A DNA stretch of 62,860 nt, filler included, from Pirum gemmata (Eukaryota): NCBI GenBank assembly GCA_002812295.1. It is 20 parts of 20 records of this genome, joined end to end, with 100 filler letters (N's around TTAATTAATTAA, not from the genome) between each part and the next. Parts side by side here need not be neighbours in the genome. Positions count along the whole stretch, not along the records: positions 24,093 to 28,101 come from PDIN01004128.1; positions 28,202 to 32,268 come from PDIN01004129.1; positions 32,369 to 35,276 come from PDIN01004130.1; positions 35,377 to 38,292 come from PDIN01004131.1; 16 more parts are not named here. One strand, 5' to 3'. A program made the translations under genes and the position numbers. The notes beneath the pieces were generated by a model. The model had not been told where the DNA came from, made no database searches, and saw nothing but the letters and a program-made list of their open reading frames with translations. Below, one piece after another: positions 24,457 through 36,860 of this stretch. Position 1 is the stretch's first letter; every line of letters begins with the position of its first letter.

Positions 24457-25136
24457 TTTTTATTCAAAAAATGATGTAATAAAGACAGTAGTCTATTATG
24501 ACGTTCAAAACTTGAAAATGAAAAAAAAAAATGAAAGCGAATATTGACGAAAAAAAAAAGGTCGGAAATTCATTGGACAATAAACTCGATAGCAACATTG
24601 GCAAATACATCGAAATACACCAATAGAAAATTTAATTACTTTTCCACCAATAGTAGAAGCTTTTTTTTTCACAAAAAAATCAAGTCAAGAATAGAATTAA
24701 CCAATCACCTTGGTCTTCCCTCTGCTTAGTGCTCACTACTAGTCACTAGACTTCTCCGAATTCTGCCCGGGCAGAATTTGGCCTTTTTCGAGTAATGTCA
24801 AAATGGTGTTTTTCCTCTCTAACTCGACCAAAAATTAATTTTTTGAAAAAAAAAAAAAAAAAGGAGATTGGATTCTACCACTATAAAAATATGAACACGA
24901 AATTTTCAAACCTATGTATTTATTGATAAACTCGAAAATATTAATTTCGAACAGACCAGAAATTCTGCTCGGCAGAAGGCAGAAGCAGAAAGTCGAGTTT
25001 TAGGGGCAGAATTCTACTGCTCACTCGTTTATAAAATACAACATCAGGTATAAAATACCAAATTAATTAAAAAATGCCCGATAAAATACAACAAACAAAA
25101 CAAAACCTAAAAAAAAAGTAGTCTAATAGACTAACC

Positions 25137-26960
25137 ACGAAATTTTCCTCCGCCACAGTATTAAAAAAATTTTGTTGCTGTTAGTCTACAGTAACTACTT
25201 TATCCTTAGCAGCCCCCAGTTGTGTTACACCCGCAACTGCTGCTGAAGTTTTGCCCGGGGTCGCCGTTTTCGGAAATGGTTACAATTTTGTCAAAGACAA
25301 GGCCACTGATAATCGGCTCTTAGAAGTTAGTTCGTTCAAGTCCAATATTTCGGTCATGGGCAATATTGGTGGCATCGATTTAATGCTACCACGTCCCCGA
25401 TGCCTTTTACTCTGGCAACAACAATGCTTTGGGTGTGAATTGGGATAATGCCTGGAAATCCAGCTTTGATAATGTCGCTGGTAGTACTGCCTTCGACTAC
25501 GCTTATAAATATGCGAGTAATAGTGCTGCTCACTATGGTGCTAGTGTCTCAGGCTTCAGTGATTCGATTCAGGCGGCTTATTCGCAAAGTAATTCGGTCA
25601 GCAATGCTGTCAAGCAAAGTGGCACTAGTTATAGCAGTGTAGTTGAACTAAGTACCGGAGGCTATATTTTCACGATACAACAAGTCAATCCTATTCCAAC
25701 ACAGACAGTTAAAGAACAATGGGCTAAATTGGTCCAACCTGGTGCTACTTACCTAGATTTTGAAACTTATTTCGACAACTTTGGTACCCATTTTGTTTAT
25801 AATGCAGGTGTAGGCGGTGAAGTGAAATTGGTGACCACTGTCAAACAAGACAGCTCAGCTTCATCCTTTTCTTCACTGGCTGATACAGCCGCTTGTTTTT
25901 CGGCCAAAGCTAAATTAGAATATCTCGGAGCCTCTGTCAGTACCCAGATGGAGAGTTGTAAAAAAGTAGAAACGTCGACCAATGCAAGTAAGAAATTCTC
26001 GGAAACCGTAGGCACCTGCTCAGTCACTATGAAAGGAGGTGCGTCTGCAAATGTAGTTTGTGGAGGAGCCCACCCTGTACATGATTTGCTTAATTGGAAA
26101 CAAACTGTCATCAACGAACCCACTGTGGTGGATACTGACACTTCGGAAATGAAAAGGCTTACTACTTTACTGGAATATGACTATGTTGGGAAACAACAGT
26201 TTATTGACCAAACGTTTGCCGCTTCAATCACGCAATCTAAAACCGAAGCCTATGCTGCCTTTGTTTCCAAAGTAAAAACACATTTACAAGCTTATTTAAA
26301 AGGTCATGCAGTGTGTGATGTTTACAATTGCCCCAAAGAAGTACCCGTAGTTCTTATTCAGAATAAAGACTCGGGAAATTTCTTAGGCACGATTATTTCT
26401 AAAGCTGGTAATGAGTTACATTTTATTAACAAACTTAATCTTACTGGAAATACGGACCCTGCACTCCCCGTGCAAGCCATGTGGTATTACTTGCCTCAAC
26501 ACGAGATGTATATCAATTATCAGGATCCTACATAATGTATGATGTCCGATAAAACTTATCTCTTGGCTGGCCCATGTAAAGATGTGTGGGACAACATCGG
26601 CAACGATATTCTTCTTCAGCCATTCAAGTTTAAAATCGATCATGCTAATGGAGGTTGGTTGACTCATCAACAAAACACACAGCAAACCAATCAAAAATGT
26701 GTGAGAGAAGCAACACAGAAGGACCATTTTCCTTACGCTCAACTAGAACCTTGTGATAAGGGTGTCGGATTATCTTCTTTCCAAAATTTACCGGTGCTGC
26801 AACATAAACATTTGCTTCCTAATAATGCTGATTTTAATAAGATTTGGTCTAATATGAAGAATATTACTTTAGCCTATAACGGTACTTCTCGTTATACTAT
26901 GCCTTGGGTACCAGATAGTGTTTCTTTTCTATATGATAATATATTTAAAATCGATAAAAT
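25137..26960 (+). pseudogene. Disrupted secreted MACPF (perforin-like) protein with a C-terminal ricin-B/beta-trefoil-like region; 3' end uncertain
   Basis: MACPF signature FGTHF-x6-GG (YFDNFGTHFVYNAGVGG), N-terminal LPGVAVFGNGYN and WKQTVINEP. Lesions: probable start now ACG (25137), +1 A, 5-nt insert at ~25182, frameshift at ~25380 and in-frame TAA at 26533. Confidence 0.85.
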
Positions 26961-27469
26961 AAAACTTACTTTTTTTACTTATTTACATAAAATAATAATA
27001 ATAATAATAATAATAATAANGAAAATTTTGTTTTCGAAAATACAGACTAGTTTTTCTACAGCTAACTCCACAAGTTCCGCTGCTTTGAAAAACAGTACCA
27101 GTATTATATAGACGCTTTCTGATATACAATACCATGCTTAGTCATGGTTAGTTAGGTGTGTGAGAAAACGTGAAAGTGTTTTTATAAAGTTATCAGTAAT
27201 TTTTTCAATCAAAAAATAAGAATTATGAACAATATTTTATAATTAATTTTTCGTTTTATTATTTATCAGATTCTATATAATATTCACTATTTTTGTTTTA
27301 TTTACAGTAGTTATTTATTCATGCATTTAATTTATTTATTTATTTCTTTTAAAATAAATGAACTTTAGTAGTATTTTAACCTCATGCGTAAAAATCACAT
27401 AATAAATGAACTTTAGTGGTATGAACCTCATGCGTAAGAGTAAAATCACTTGTGCCAGAAACAAAATGA

Positions 27470-28062
27470 TATAATTTTTCTTCATCATATCCAACCCCTT
27501 CATAAACCAGTCAAGTGGCGTTCGCTAACGTGTTTAAAGTCGAACTGTGGTCGGGTTGAATACACTCTTTACCTTCTTTTATACCAGAATAATTTTTCCA
27601 TTTTAAACACAAAGATTTCAACCCTTGATTTTAAACAGTACATTTACTTTGTACAGTCATATTTTACATAGATGGTTGCACTCGACCACAAGTCATGCCA
27701 TACACAAAGTTATTAAGAAATATTTCTTGTTTCGAAAATGTCATTAATCATTTTGTAGTTTTTACTGTTCAGAAGAGTCCAAGGGTAAGTATCATAAGTT
27801 GCTACAGGGAATTCTTGGTTATTTCGACTTTGCATTTTAACAAACTTTACTTTTTCAATATTAAAATAACCAAAATCAGGCCACATAACATCACCATCGG
27901 TTTCATTTTTGTTGCTTTGAAAGAAAATTTAACGAGGAGAATAGCACTTGTAACTACGTATACTACCACCACGACTGCAAGGATATCTACCTTTGGTGTG
28001 GGTAATCAGCAAAGCTGCAGCAAAGCTGTTGCGACAATTGTTGATCCTATTATTTTCATCAT
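27470..28062 (-). pseudogene. Pseudogene of an unknown secreted protein
   Basis: MMKIIGSTIVATALL signal-like start. An 11-nt duplication (28007-28028) shifts the frame; coding-like GRYPCSRGG...WPDFGYFNIEK...YDTYPWTLL follows, with several in-frame stops. Confidence 0.6.
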
Positions 28063-28927
28063 TATTAATTGTTTTTTGTAAAAGTTAAGGGAGAGAGAGA
28101 GNNNNNNNNNNNNNNNNNNNNNNNNNNNNNNNNNNNNNNNNNNNNTTAATTAATTAANNNNNNNNNNNNNNNNNNNNNNNNNNNNNNNNNNNNNNNNNNN
28201 NAGTAATAGTAATAGTAATAGTAATAGTAATAGTAATAGTAATAGTAATAGTAATAGTAGTAAGTAATAGTAATAGTAATAGTAATACTATTACCATATT
28301 ACTATTACTATTACTACTATTACTATTACTATTACTATTACTATTACCATGGCATTAGTGTGACTACTAATAATAATAATAATAATGTGATCTGCTATCG
28401 TAGCTTACTACTACTGGCTAGTCTAGAGCTAAGGTTTTTTCACTTGTTGATCAAAATTACACACAGTACTCGAGCAAAAAAGGAAGAAGAAAGTAGACGG
28501 GATCTAAACTAAAGACTAAGAATATAAGAAGAATCCTACTAGAAGAAGAACCCGAAATTCAACTATCATACTCGACAACTACAGGTCAACAAAAGGCCAA
28601 AACATTTTCTGGCCCGAGGAAACAGCGATTTCATTGGTAGTTTTCATCATTGGGTCAATTAATTATCTATAGATTATAGACTTTCCATTGGCTACTACCC
28701 CCTTGGGAAAAGGGTACAAGTTACAATCAGCCTATTAAAAAAGATATTTTAAAAGGCTGGCTCTTTTACAAACTAAAGTACATATATAGAAAAACGTAAC
28801 GCCAACTTCTGGTCAAATACAGCTTCAAATACCCCTTACCTACCTACCTCTCGACGTTAATTTCCGGTCAAATACCACCTACCTACCTACCCCTTGACGT
28901 GACGTATTATTTGAACACCCCCTAAGC

Positions 28928-29127
28928 CTCTCCCAGTTCTCGAGCCCGAAAGATCGAATTTCTTCCGAAAATTCAGCCTTGTTCGAATTTTTTTTATTTT
29001 TTTATTTTTCGGGTTTATAAATAAATAAACATACTTGAATGCTTAGCTGTTAGCTTAAAATGTTCGAACTTATTTAATTAATGTATAGGCTCGAAACTCG
29101 ATTTTTAAACAAAGCAGAATTGGGAAG
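28928..29127. mobile_element. Dispersed MITE-like family D (tandem copies at 31893-32268; related sequence at 24759-25015)
   Basis: Shared CTCGAGCCCGAAA..TCGAATTTC and TTCGAACTTATTTAATTAATGTATAGGCTCGAAA; ends resemble TCCCA...TGGGA. Confidence 0.7.
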
Positions 29128-29197
29128 CCTATGCATACCAAAAAGGCCAAAAACTTGCAAAAAGACAAGAAAAGACAAGAAAACCAGAAAACAAACT

Positions 29198-29488
29198 GAA
29201 CTGAAAGCAAACTGAAAGCAAACTGAAAGCAAACTGAAAGCAAACTGAAAGCAAACTGAAAGCAAACTGAAAGCAAACTGAAAGCAAACTGAAAGCAAAC
29301 TGAAAGCAAACTGAAAGCAAACTGAAAGCAAACTGAAAGCAAACTGAAAGCAAACTGAAAGCAAACTGAAAGCAAACTGAAAGCAAACTGAAAGCAAACT
29401 GAAAGCAAACTGAAAGCAAACTGAAAGCAAACTGAAAGCAAACTGAAAGCAAACTGAAAGCAAACTGAAAGCAAACTGAAAGCAAACT
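29198..29488. repeat. (AAACTGAAAGC)n 11-bp perfect minisatellite
   Basis: About 26 identical units ending at an N. Confidence 0.95.
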
Positions 29489-29597
29489 NTAATAAATAAT
29501 ACACTAGCTAGAATTCTCCAACAATTATATTGAATACATTTTATTATTAAGACGCCATCCACATTTCCATCATACTTAGATCTGCTAGACCTCCAAT

Positions 29598-29732
29598 AGT
29601 AGGGGTGAGATGACGTCATTTTATTATTACCGAACAGCTGTCGGAACTTTTCCGATTTTTATCTATTTAACTGCTATTATTAGTAAGGAACACGGAACTT
29701 AAGTTGGTTCGAGTAGATACCTCACCCCTACT
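29598..29732. mobile_element. MITE family B, internally deleted copy
   Basis: Both TIRs are retained; the interior is shorter than in the 17411 copy. Confidence 0.75.
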
Positions 29733-30174
29733 CCTCCAATAAACCCTAACCATTAAACTAAGCATTCTTTTAAAAAACTAAGCAAGTTCAATTAGGGTCA
29801 TTCCTTAATGCCCCACCATCTGACTCTATCGGATGAACATTACAAGCTTTCAGATTGCAATCTATGCCATTAAATGTCAATCTGGAAAAGGGTATTTTAA
29901 AAAAAAGGGAAGTCATTAAAATGAATGTTCCCTCACTATATTTTTCAAAAAGTCAATTAGAAAATTAAAAAAGCCACAATAAAAATGAAATTTGTCTATA
30001 TAATTATAATACTCTGTTTTTTAATGATTTTAATATTTTGTATAATATAATGTATGTAATTTAAAACATAATAATGATGATGATGTACTACACATCATAA
30101 TATATAGATAATATATTGTTATAGCATTTTATTATGCATGCTATCAATTCTATGCCGCATCGTTATTGAAATTC

Positions 30175-31224
30175 TTATGGAGATGCTATATTAATAACTA
30201 GTTTGCCTTTAGCACGATGGCTTTGCAATAGTGTGAAGGCACTTCTAATGCTCTGTTCTGTGAATTCGTAAGGTGAGCTGGCATCAATGAAAGGCACCAC
30301 TTTCTGTTCAGAAATCAATTCGCTAATAATTTTCAAATCAGTTTGTCCTGTATTACTGTTGGTCAGCATCGTCGAGTAATTAGGACCCATTCCAAAGAGA
30401 CTGACCGTTTTACGATAAACACTCTTGGAAAGACCACCGAAGACAACAGGAATAGTTAATGCAGCAGTAGTATCACCTGCTACAGTGACAAAGGTACCAC
30501 TTTTGTTTAATATTTTATTAGCACGTTGCCATTCTTCTAAGCCTCCAATACAATCAACTACTAGATCATAATTTTGGCCTTCTAAGGCTTCACCCCAATC
30601 TTGGTTACGATAATTAATCATTTCGTCAGCGCCAAATTTGCCTTTAACAATATCCTCTTGAGAAGCTGAACAGGCTACATGACCAGCTCCTAAAGCTTTA
30701 GCAAACTGGATAACAAAAGCACCAACGCTACTTGTACCACCAACAACAAATACCTTTTGACCCTTTTTAAAATTGCCATGATTAACTAAACATTGATAAG
30801 CTGTTAGGCCAACCAAAGGAATACTAGCGGCTTCTTCATCAGTTAGGTTAGCAGGTGTGTGATGTAAAGCTTTTTCGGTAGTTTTACAATATTCGGCCAT
30901 CGATGTCATCCCTGATCCGATATCACCGTACACACGATCTCCCACTTTGAACAGCGTAACATTAGCACCCACTTCGGAGACAATTCCAGCGACATCAAAT
31001 CCAGGTGTGATGGGCATTTTTACACGCATTAATTTCCCAATGTCACCATTTAGTAGTTTATAATCAATTGGATTAATACTAACACTATTTACTTTGATTA
31101 TGATATCAGTGGGTTTCTCAATGGTTGGCTTAACTAAATTGTCTTCAACAGTTAAAACTTCACTTGGGTTAGCAAACTCGGTTTGTAGAGCACCCTTCAT
31201 TGTTGTATTTTGTTGTACTGGCAT
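30175..31224 (-). CDS. Zn-independent MDR-family NAD(P)H quinone oxidoreductase (RTN4IP1/ceQORH-like)
   Basis: SINPIDYK, PGFDVAGIV, FKVGDRVYG, AASIPLVGLTAYQ, GGTSSVG..VIQFAK and C-terminal RAKGKLVI; intact and intronless, 349 aa. Confidence 0.92.
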   Translation of the reverse strand: MPVQQNTTMKGALQTEFANPSEVLTVEDNLVKPTIEKPTDIIIKVNSVSINPIDYKLLNGDIGKLMRVKMPITPGFDVAGIVSEVGANVTLFKVGDRVYGDIGSGMTSMAEYCKTTEKALHHTPANLTDEEAASIPLVGLTAYQCLVNHGNFKKGQKVFVVGGTSSVGAFVIQFAKALGAGHVACSASQEDIVKGKFGADEMINYRNQDWGEALEGQNYDLVVDCIGGLEEWQRANKILNKSGTFVTVAGDTTAALTIPVVFGGLSKSVYRKTVSLFGMGPNYSTMLTNSNTGQTDLKIISELISEQKVVPFIDASSPYEFTEQSIRSAFTLLQSHRAKGKLVINIASP

Positions 31225-31355
31225 TTTTATTTATTTATTTTTTTTTACTTTCTTTAAAATAAAACTTATTTCTTTTTACTATTATTTTTAATTAATAAAA
31301 TACTTTATATTATTAAATTTTCGGTTTTTATTATGATATTTTTACTATTTTATTA

Positions 31356-31388
<33 letters not shown>

Positions 31389-33214
31389 TTTTTTTTTTTA
31401 AAGTTTTTTTTATCAGTTTATATATTACCAGGGAGCCCCAAATTTTGATTTTTTGACTTTTTTTAGATTTTATTACTACCTCGTTTTTTACACTATGATA
31501 GCTAGCTAGCTAGCTAGATGGGGTACCGTAAGGAGGGGAGGGATGACATCCCCTTTGGCAGAAATTTGGAGATAGGTTACAAAAGGAATTGAGATGGCAA
31601 AAAATTATTACTTAAAATAGATATTTATATCCTTAAAATAGTAGTTTACTATATTAAGTATTACTATTAATAGTTATAAGTTAACTTTTTATAGTAATTT
31701 AAGTCAAATTTTCAATTTTTGCCGTACCTTAGGTTGGTATTAGTATTATGACGTCATGACATCCCTCCTGTACCGTAGCTGGTACCGTCTATATATAAAA
31801 ATTCCTTCTCCATCACGTGGTGGGAGAAGTGGGATAAACTTATCTGCCCGGCGGCCCGGCCCAGGCCTGGGGGGGGGCAATCATTATTAGGCCAATTCTG
31901 CTCGAGCCCGAAAACTCGAATTTCTGCTGTCAAAAAAAAAGCCAAAATTCAGCTCTGTTTGAAAATTATTTTTCCTATTTTTTTCGGGTTTATAAATAAA
32001 TAAATATATTTGAATACTTAATTGTAAGTTCAAAATTTCGAACTTATTTAATTAATAAATAGGCTTGAAAACTCGATTTTTAAAAAAGAGCAGAATTCTG
32101 CCCGTGCCAGAAAACTCGAATTTCTGCTGTCGAAAATTATTTTTTCTATTTTTTCGGGTTTATAAATTATTAATAAATATACTTGAACACTTAACTGTTA
32201 GCTTAAAATTTTCGAACTTATTTAATTAATGTATAGGCTCGAAAACTCGATTTTTTAAAATTGGGAGANNNNNNNNNNNNNNNNNNNNNNNNNNNNNNNN
32301 NNNNNNNNNNNNTTAATTAATTAANNNNNNNNNNNNNNNNNNNNNNNNNNNNNNNNNNNNNNNNNNNNAATAGTAATAATAGTAATAATAATAAGCGTCC
32401 TAAAATTTTAAAGCTTACACCCAATTTTCTGGAGATGTAATACTGCATTAGCTAGAAATTGCATATGCTTTTTCATTTATTATGTTTTGTAAGTGAGGAA
32501 ATTAAGTATGTAAAGTTATTCTATTTACTTTAATACAACCATGCGAGCAATAACGAAGAAATCTGTATCTAGTTAAAAGATTTTTTTTTTAGTAGGAACA
32601 ATCGAATAATTAGGTATGTAAAAATCGTTGTCAAAATTTCTTTTTTTGTACTTCAAATTTATTTATAACAAGTGCTCTTTGAATCATAAAAAAGGCGCCC
32701 TTACTCTTTGAATAAAAAAACAAACAAAAAAAAAAACAAAGACCCCCTTATATTTTAAACTTGCACTAAATTATCAGTAGCGTTCCCATAGATGGCACAG
32801 GAAATAATAAACAATAATGCTCCTCCATTAGATTGTTTAGTAACTTGTTGTCGTGTTTCAATAGTGTTTGTTGTCCAGCTCAAAAACTGAAATAAACGTA
32901 CCAAATTATTATTATGTGTTAGACTATCAGACATGTTTTAATTAATTTGGTATTTTATACTTAATATTGTATTTTATAAACCAGTTCAATTATACACTTA
33001 AACAGTACCAAATTAAAGATTGAGAGGACAATTGTAATGAAATAGACGATACTCCATGCTTTCACCAAAGAGAGTTGNTGGTATTTTATACTTAATATTG
33101 TATTTTATAAAACAGTTCAATTATACACTTAAACAGTACCAAATTAAAGATTGAGAGGACAATTGTAATGAAATAGACGATACTCCATGCTTTCACCAAA
33201 GAGAGTTGCATAAC

Positions 33215-33257
<43 letters not shown>

Positions 33258-33926
33258 AAACAAGTAATATTGATTTTTATCACACAATATTATTCTTTTT
33301 ATTTGGAGATATTTTTCCATTGGCATATTATGTAATAGTGGAGAGATCGATTTAAAGCTCTGGAGTTTTCCTCCAATGTATAATATTCTTTTTTTCAATT
33401 TCACTTTTAATGTACCAGTAAGTTTTTTGTGACTGAAAAAGTAAAATGATGATGGTAATTAAGAGTCGTTCTTGTCGTTTTGATTGTTTAGGTTTGTCCA
33501 GTCTGATGGCAAAGACAAGTCACAACCCTCTTAGATGGCACAGGAAATATTTGGTTGTTTATGTAGAGAAAAAGATATTATTTTTATTTCATACTTTTTC
33601 ATGTTCTTGTTTTTATTTAAAAAAATTTATTGTATCATATCAAGTTTAATATGTTTCCTAGAAAATCAGAATAGGAAAAGTATTATGTAGGGAAAAGATA
33701 TGATTATATCTATAATATATATATATATATATTATGTTTTATTTTTTTAGTTTTAATATATAAAAAAATTATATTATTGTTGATTGTATATGAAAATACT
33801 AATGTATATTACATAGAAAATAGTTAGATAAATAGGTATACTATGATTTTAAATTTCAAACAAAAAGCGAGTTCATTCATAATAATTTTGAAAATAAAAA
33901 CAAAATTAAAAAACAATAAATAAAAA

Positions 33927-35066
33927 TTATGGCTTTGGATAATATTTTTTACAGTATTCTTCAGTTAGTTCTATACTTTGCTCAATTTTATCAAACTTTT
34001 TACATTGTGCGATTAATAACATATAAGTTCTGGGGTCAGTAGAAATATTCCGCTTCTTCATTTCTTGGTACCAAGCTAGAGATTCATCAATCAAACCTTT
34101 TTCCCCACAGCATTGTATCAAAGCATTAAAAGTCACCGTACTAGCTTTATAATTAGCTTTAACCATTTTATCAAAATAAAGGCAAGATTTTTCTAAATCC
34201 CCTAATTTACAAAAACCCATGATCATAGTATTAAAAGTTTTGGTGCCATCACTGTCGTCGTTACTGCCACCATTACTGTCACCTGAACGAAATAACTTTT
34301 TTTTTTCCATTTCTTGAAAATAAATCTCTGCCTTGGTTATTTTAGAGGCCTTCAGACACCCATGTAACATAATATTGTACGTTGCTAAATTAGGTTCCAA
34401 GTTATGTTGGGTAGGAATATCTTTAAAGTACTCAAACATTTTCTCATAATACCCATTTCTAACCAAACCATCTAGTAATTTATTCATGGTTTTAAGATCG
34501 ACTCCAATATTTTCCTTCCCCATCTCTTCAAAATACCCCAAACCCTTTTCTATCATCTGGCGTTTACTACAAATACCAATCAAATTATTATAAATAGCCC
34601 TCATTCTCTTTTTCGGAACCACTTCACCAGACTTTTGCAATTCTAGAAAAAAGTCAAAAGCCATACCAAATTTATAGCGGTCTTTAGAAAGTCCATGGAC
34701 CAAAATAGCGTAGGAAATACTGTTTAATTGTAACCCAGTTTGTTTCATATACGCCACCAATCTTAGAGCTTCTTCCACTTGACCACCAGCAAAATAATTT
34801 GTTAAAAGAACATTAAAAGGGCCAGGGTCACTAATGATTATTTTATTATTTTGCATTTCTTGAAAATAATATGCCGCCCTGGAAAAATCTTGCAATTTAT
34901 ATAAACCTGCGAGTAAGGAAGTAAAAGTGATTTGGTCGGCTTGTAAGCCCTTTTTTTTTATTTGCTCAAAATAATATAAACTTTCTTGTACTTTCCCGTT
35001 TCTCAGGTACCCACTTATCAAAGAATTATAAGTTGCCACAGATAACGTTTGTTCTTTTTCAATGTT
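33927..35066 (-). CDS. P-class pentatricopeptide repeat protein, 3' exon
   Basis: About 9-10 tandem ~35-aa motifs (TYNSLISGY..., TFTSLLAGL..., TYNIMLHGC..., TFNALIQCC...). A TTAG acceptor at 35068-35067 extends the frame to NIEKEQTLSV. Confidence 0.9.
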   Translation of the reverse strand, partial: NIEKEQTLSVATYNSLISGYLRNGKVQESLYYFEQIKKKGLQADQITFTSLLAGLYKLQDFSRAAYYFQEMQNNKIIISDPGPFNVLLTNYFAGGQVEEALRLVAYMKQTGLQLNSISYAILVHGLSKDRYKFGMAFDFFLELQKSGEVVPKKRMRAIYNNLIGICSKRQMIEKGLGYFEEMGKENIGVDLKTMNKLLDGLVRNGYYEKMFEYFKDIPTQHNLEPNLATYNIMLHGCLKASKITKAEIYFQEMEKKKLFRSGDSNGGSNDDSDGTKTFNTMIMGFCKLGDLEKSCLYFDKMVKANYKASTVTFNALIQCCGEKGLIDESLAWYQEMKKRNISTDPRTYMLLIAQCKKFDKIEQSIELTEEYCKKYYPKP

Positions 35067-36318
35067 CTAACAATTTTATTTTTTAAAATTTTTGTAATAA
35101 TAATAAACAATAATAAACAATAATAATCAATAATAATCAATAATAATCAATAATAATCAATAATAACCAATAATTAATACTACAATGATTCATAAATAAT
35201 AGGGTTGGATAATACACACGCGACAAAGAATGAAAGCAAACAGCAACATCACAAACCACATTTTATAGTAATAACANNNNNNNNNNNNNNNNNNNNNNNN
35301 NNNNNNNNNNNNNNNNNNNNTTAATTAATTAANNNNNNNNNNNNNNNNNNNNNNNNNNNNNNNNNNNNNNNNNNNNGGGTTAATTAATTATCTGTCTTTG
35401 AATAAATAATATATAATATAATATAATAATATAATATAATAATTATATTTTGGGTTAATTAATTCAAAATTAACTATATATATTCTGTTCCCCTTAATTT
35501 AGTCCCTATGTATATTATAATATATATATATATAGCAAAAAAGTGGTTATTTTGAAACTGTACATGTGTATCAGGATATAATATTATTAATATTAAATTA
35601 TTTATGTATTTATTTAAATTTATAAATAAGGGTTAGGGTTAGGATTAGGGTTTATAAATAAATAAAATTTAATTAATATTTATTTATTTATAAATCGATA
35701 ATTAAATCATTTAGTATACTTTTAGTATTATATAAATAATATTAATTAATACTATATTTACTATATATTATATTACATAATTATTATACCAAAGGGCCGA
35801 AAGACCCACATCTGGTTCCAGGACCCACCCCAGGTTGGGTAGGGGGAAGGTAGGCCAGATAGGGCCAGATAGTGTGAACCTCCTAGCTAGTCTAGCTCTA
35901 GCTAGTAGTGAGTTACTGTGAGTAAACTTGAAAATATAGGCGTTAGTAAGGGGAAGTGAAGTCTGTGAAGACCCACCTCTCTAGCTAGCTAGCTAGCTGG
36001 GGAGGAGGAAGGTAGGTCGGATAGTGTGAACCTCCTAGCTAGCTAGCTAGCTAGCTAGCTTGCTGGTGTGAGTAAACTTGAAAAATCGAAAAATCGTCAG
36101 CCTCGAAGATTCAGGTTTTTTTTTGTAAGAGTTAGTATCATACTAGTTAGTTGTAAGTAGAGGTTACAACTTGTAACCTCTCTAAAATTTGTAATAATAA
36201 TTATTACATCATTCTTGAAAAAAAAAAAAAAAAATCGTCAGGACGAAAAAGTTTTTGATACATTTGCAAGAATTATTCTACAAAATATAACAATAAAGCT
36301 TAAAATATAGACTAATAA

Positions 36319-36729
36319 CTATTCGTATGGGCACCAAGGATTACCTTCAGGATACGCATACCAAGCCCAATTTCCTGTTAATGGCCACTGACTTTTGAAT
36401 CCTCCTACTACAAGAATACAAATTACTTCACCAGGGTATAACGTTTTAGTCCCCTCCTTCGCATTCAGTTCCGATCTACTCCCTTGATCACCATTATCAC
36501 ACCCCCACCAAAAATAAGTACCACCGTTCTTATGAACTGTGGTTTTGAACCTACGCCTTTCGTGAACCTTCATATCGTCAGGACGAAAACTCTCTGTGTT
36601 TCCGTATATTTGCAATGTGCCGTCACATGCTTCGATATCTTGACCAAGCAGGGCCGAGCGAGGATATGCGTAAATATTGCTTACTGCTAATGATAAGCAA
36701 AGAGTTGCACCTTGGTTTATAGAAAACAT
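36319..36729 (-). CDS. Small secreted Trp/Cys-containing protein of unknown family
   Basis: 136-aa non-repetitive ORF with a signal-like N-terminus and 4 Cys in the mature part; GC content above the flanks. Confidence 0.65.
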   Translation of the reverse strand: MFSINQGATLCLSLAVSNIYAYPRSALLGQDIEACDGTLQIYGNTESFRPDDMKVHERRRFKTTVHKNGGTYFWWGCDNGDQGSRSELNAKEGTKTLYPGEVICILVVGGFKSQWPLTGNWAWYAYPEGNPWCPYE

Positions 36730-36748
36730 AATTGCGAATTTAGTACTT

Positions 36749-36801
<53 letters not shown>

Positions 36802-36860
36802 TGCAGCAACAGCAACAGCAGCAGCAGCAGGTTAAAATTTTTCAAAGTATAAATGGAAAA

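Noticed and set aside
26533..26535. TAA reassigned to Gln, or programmed readthrough
   Set aside because: Intact genes here (tomosyn, oxidoreductase, PPR) end in TAA and use CAA freely, and the same locus has frameshifts, so pseudogenisation is simpler.
29070..29619. ORFs with FQFAFSLLSVC repeats
   Set aside because: Translations of an 11-bp minisatellite that is open in all three minus frames.
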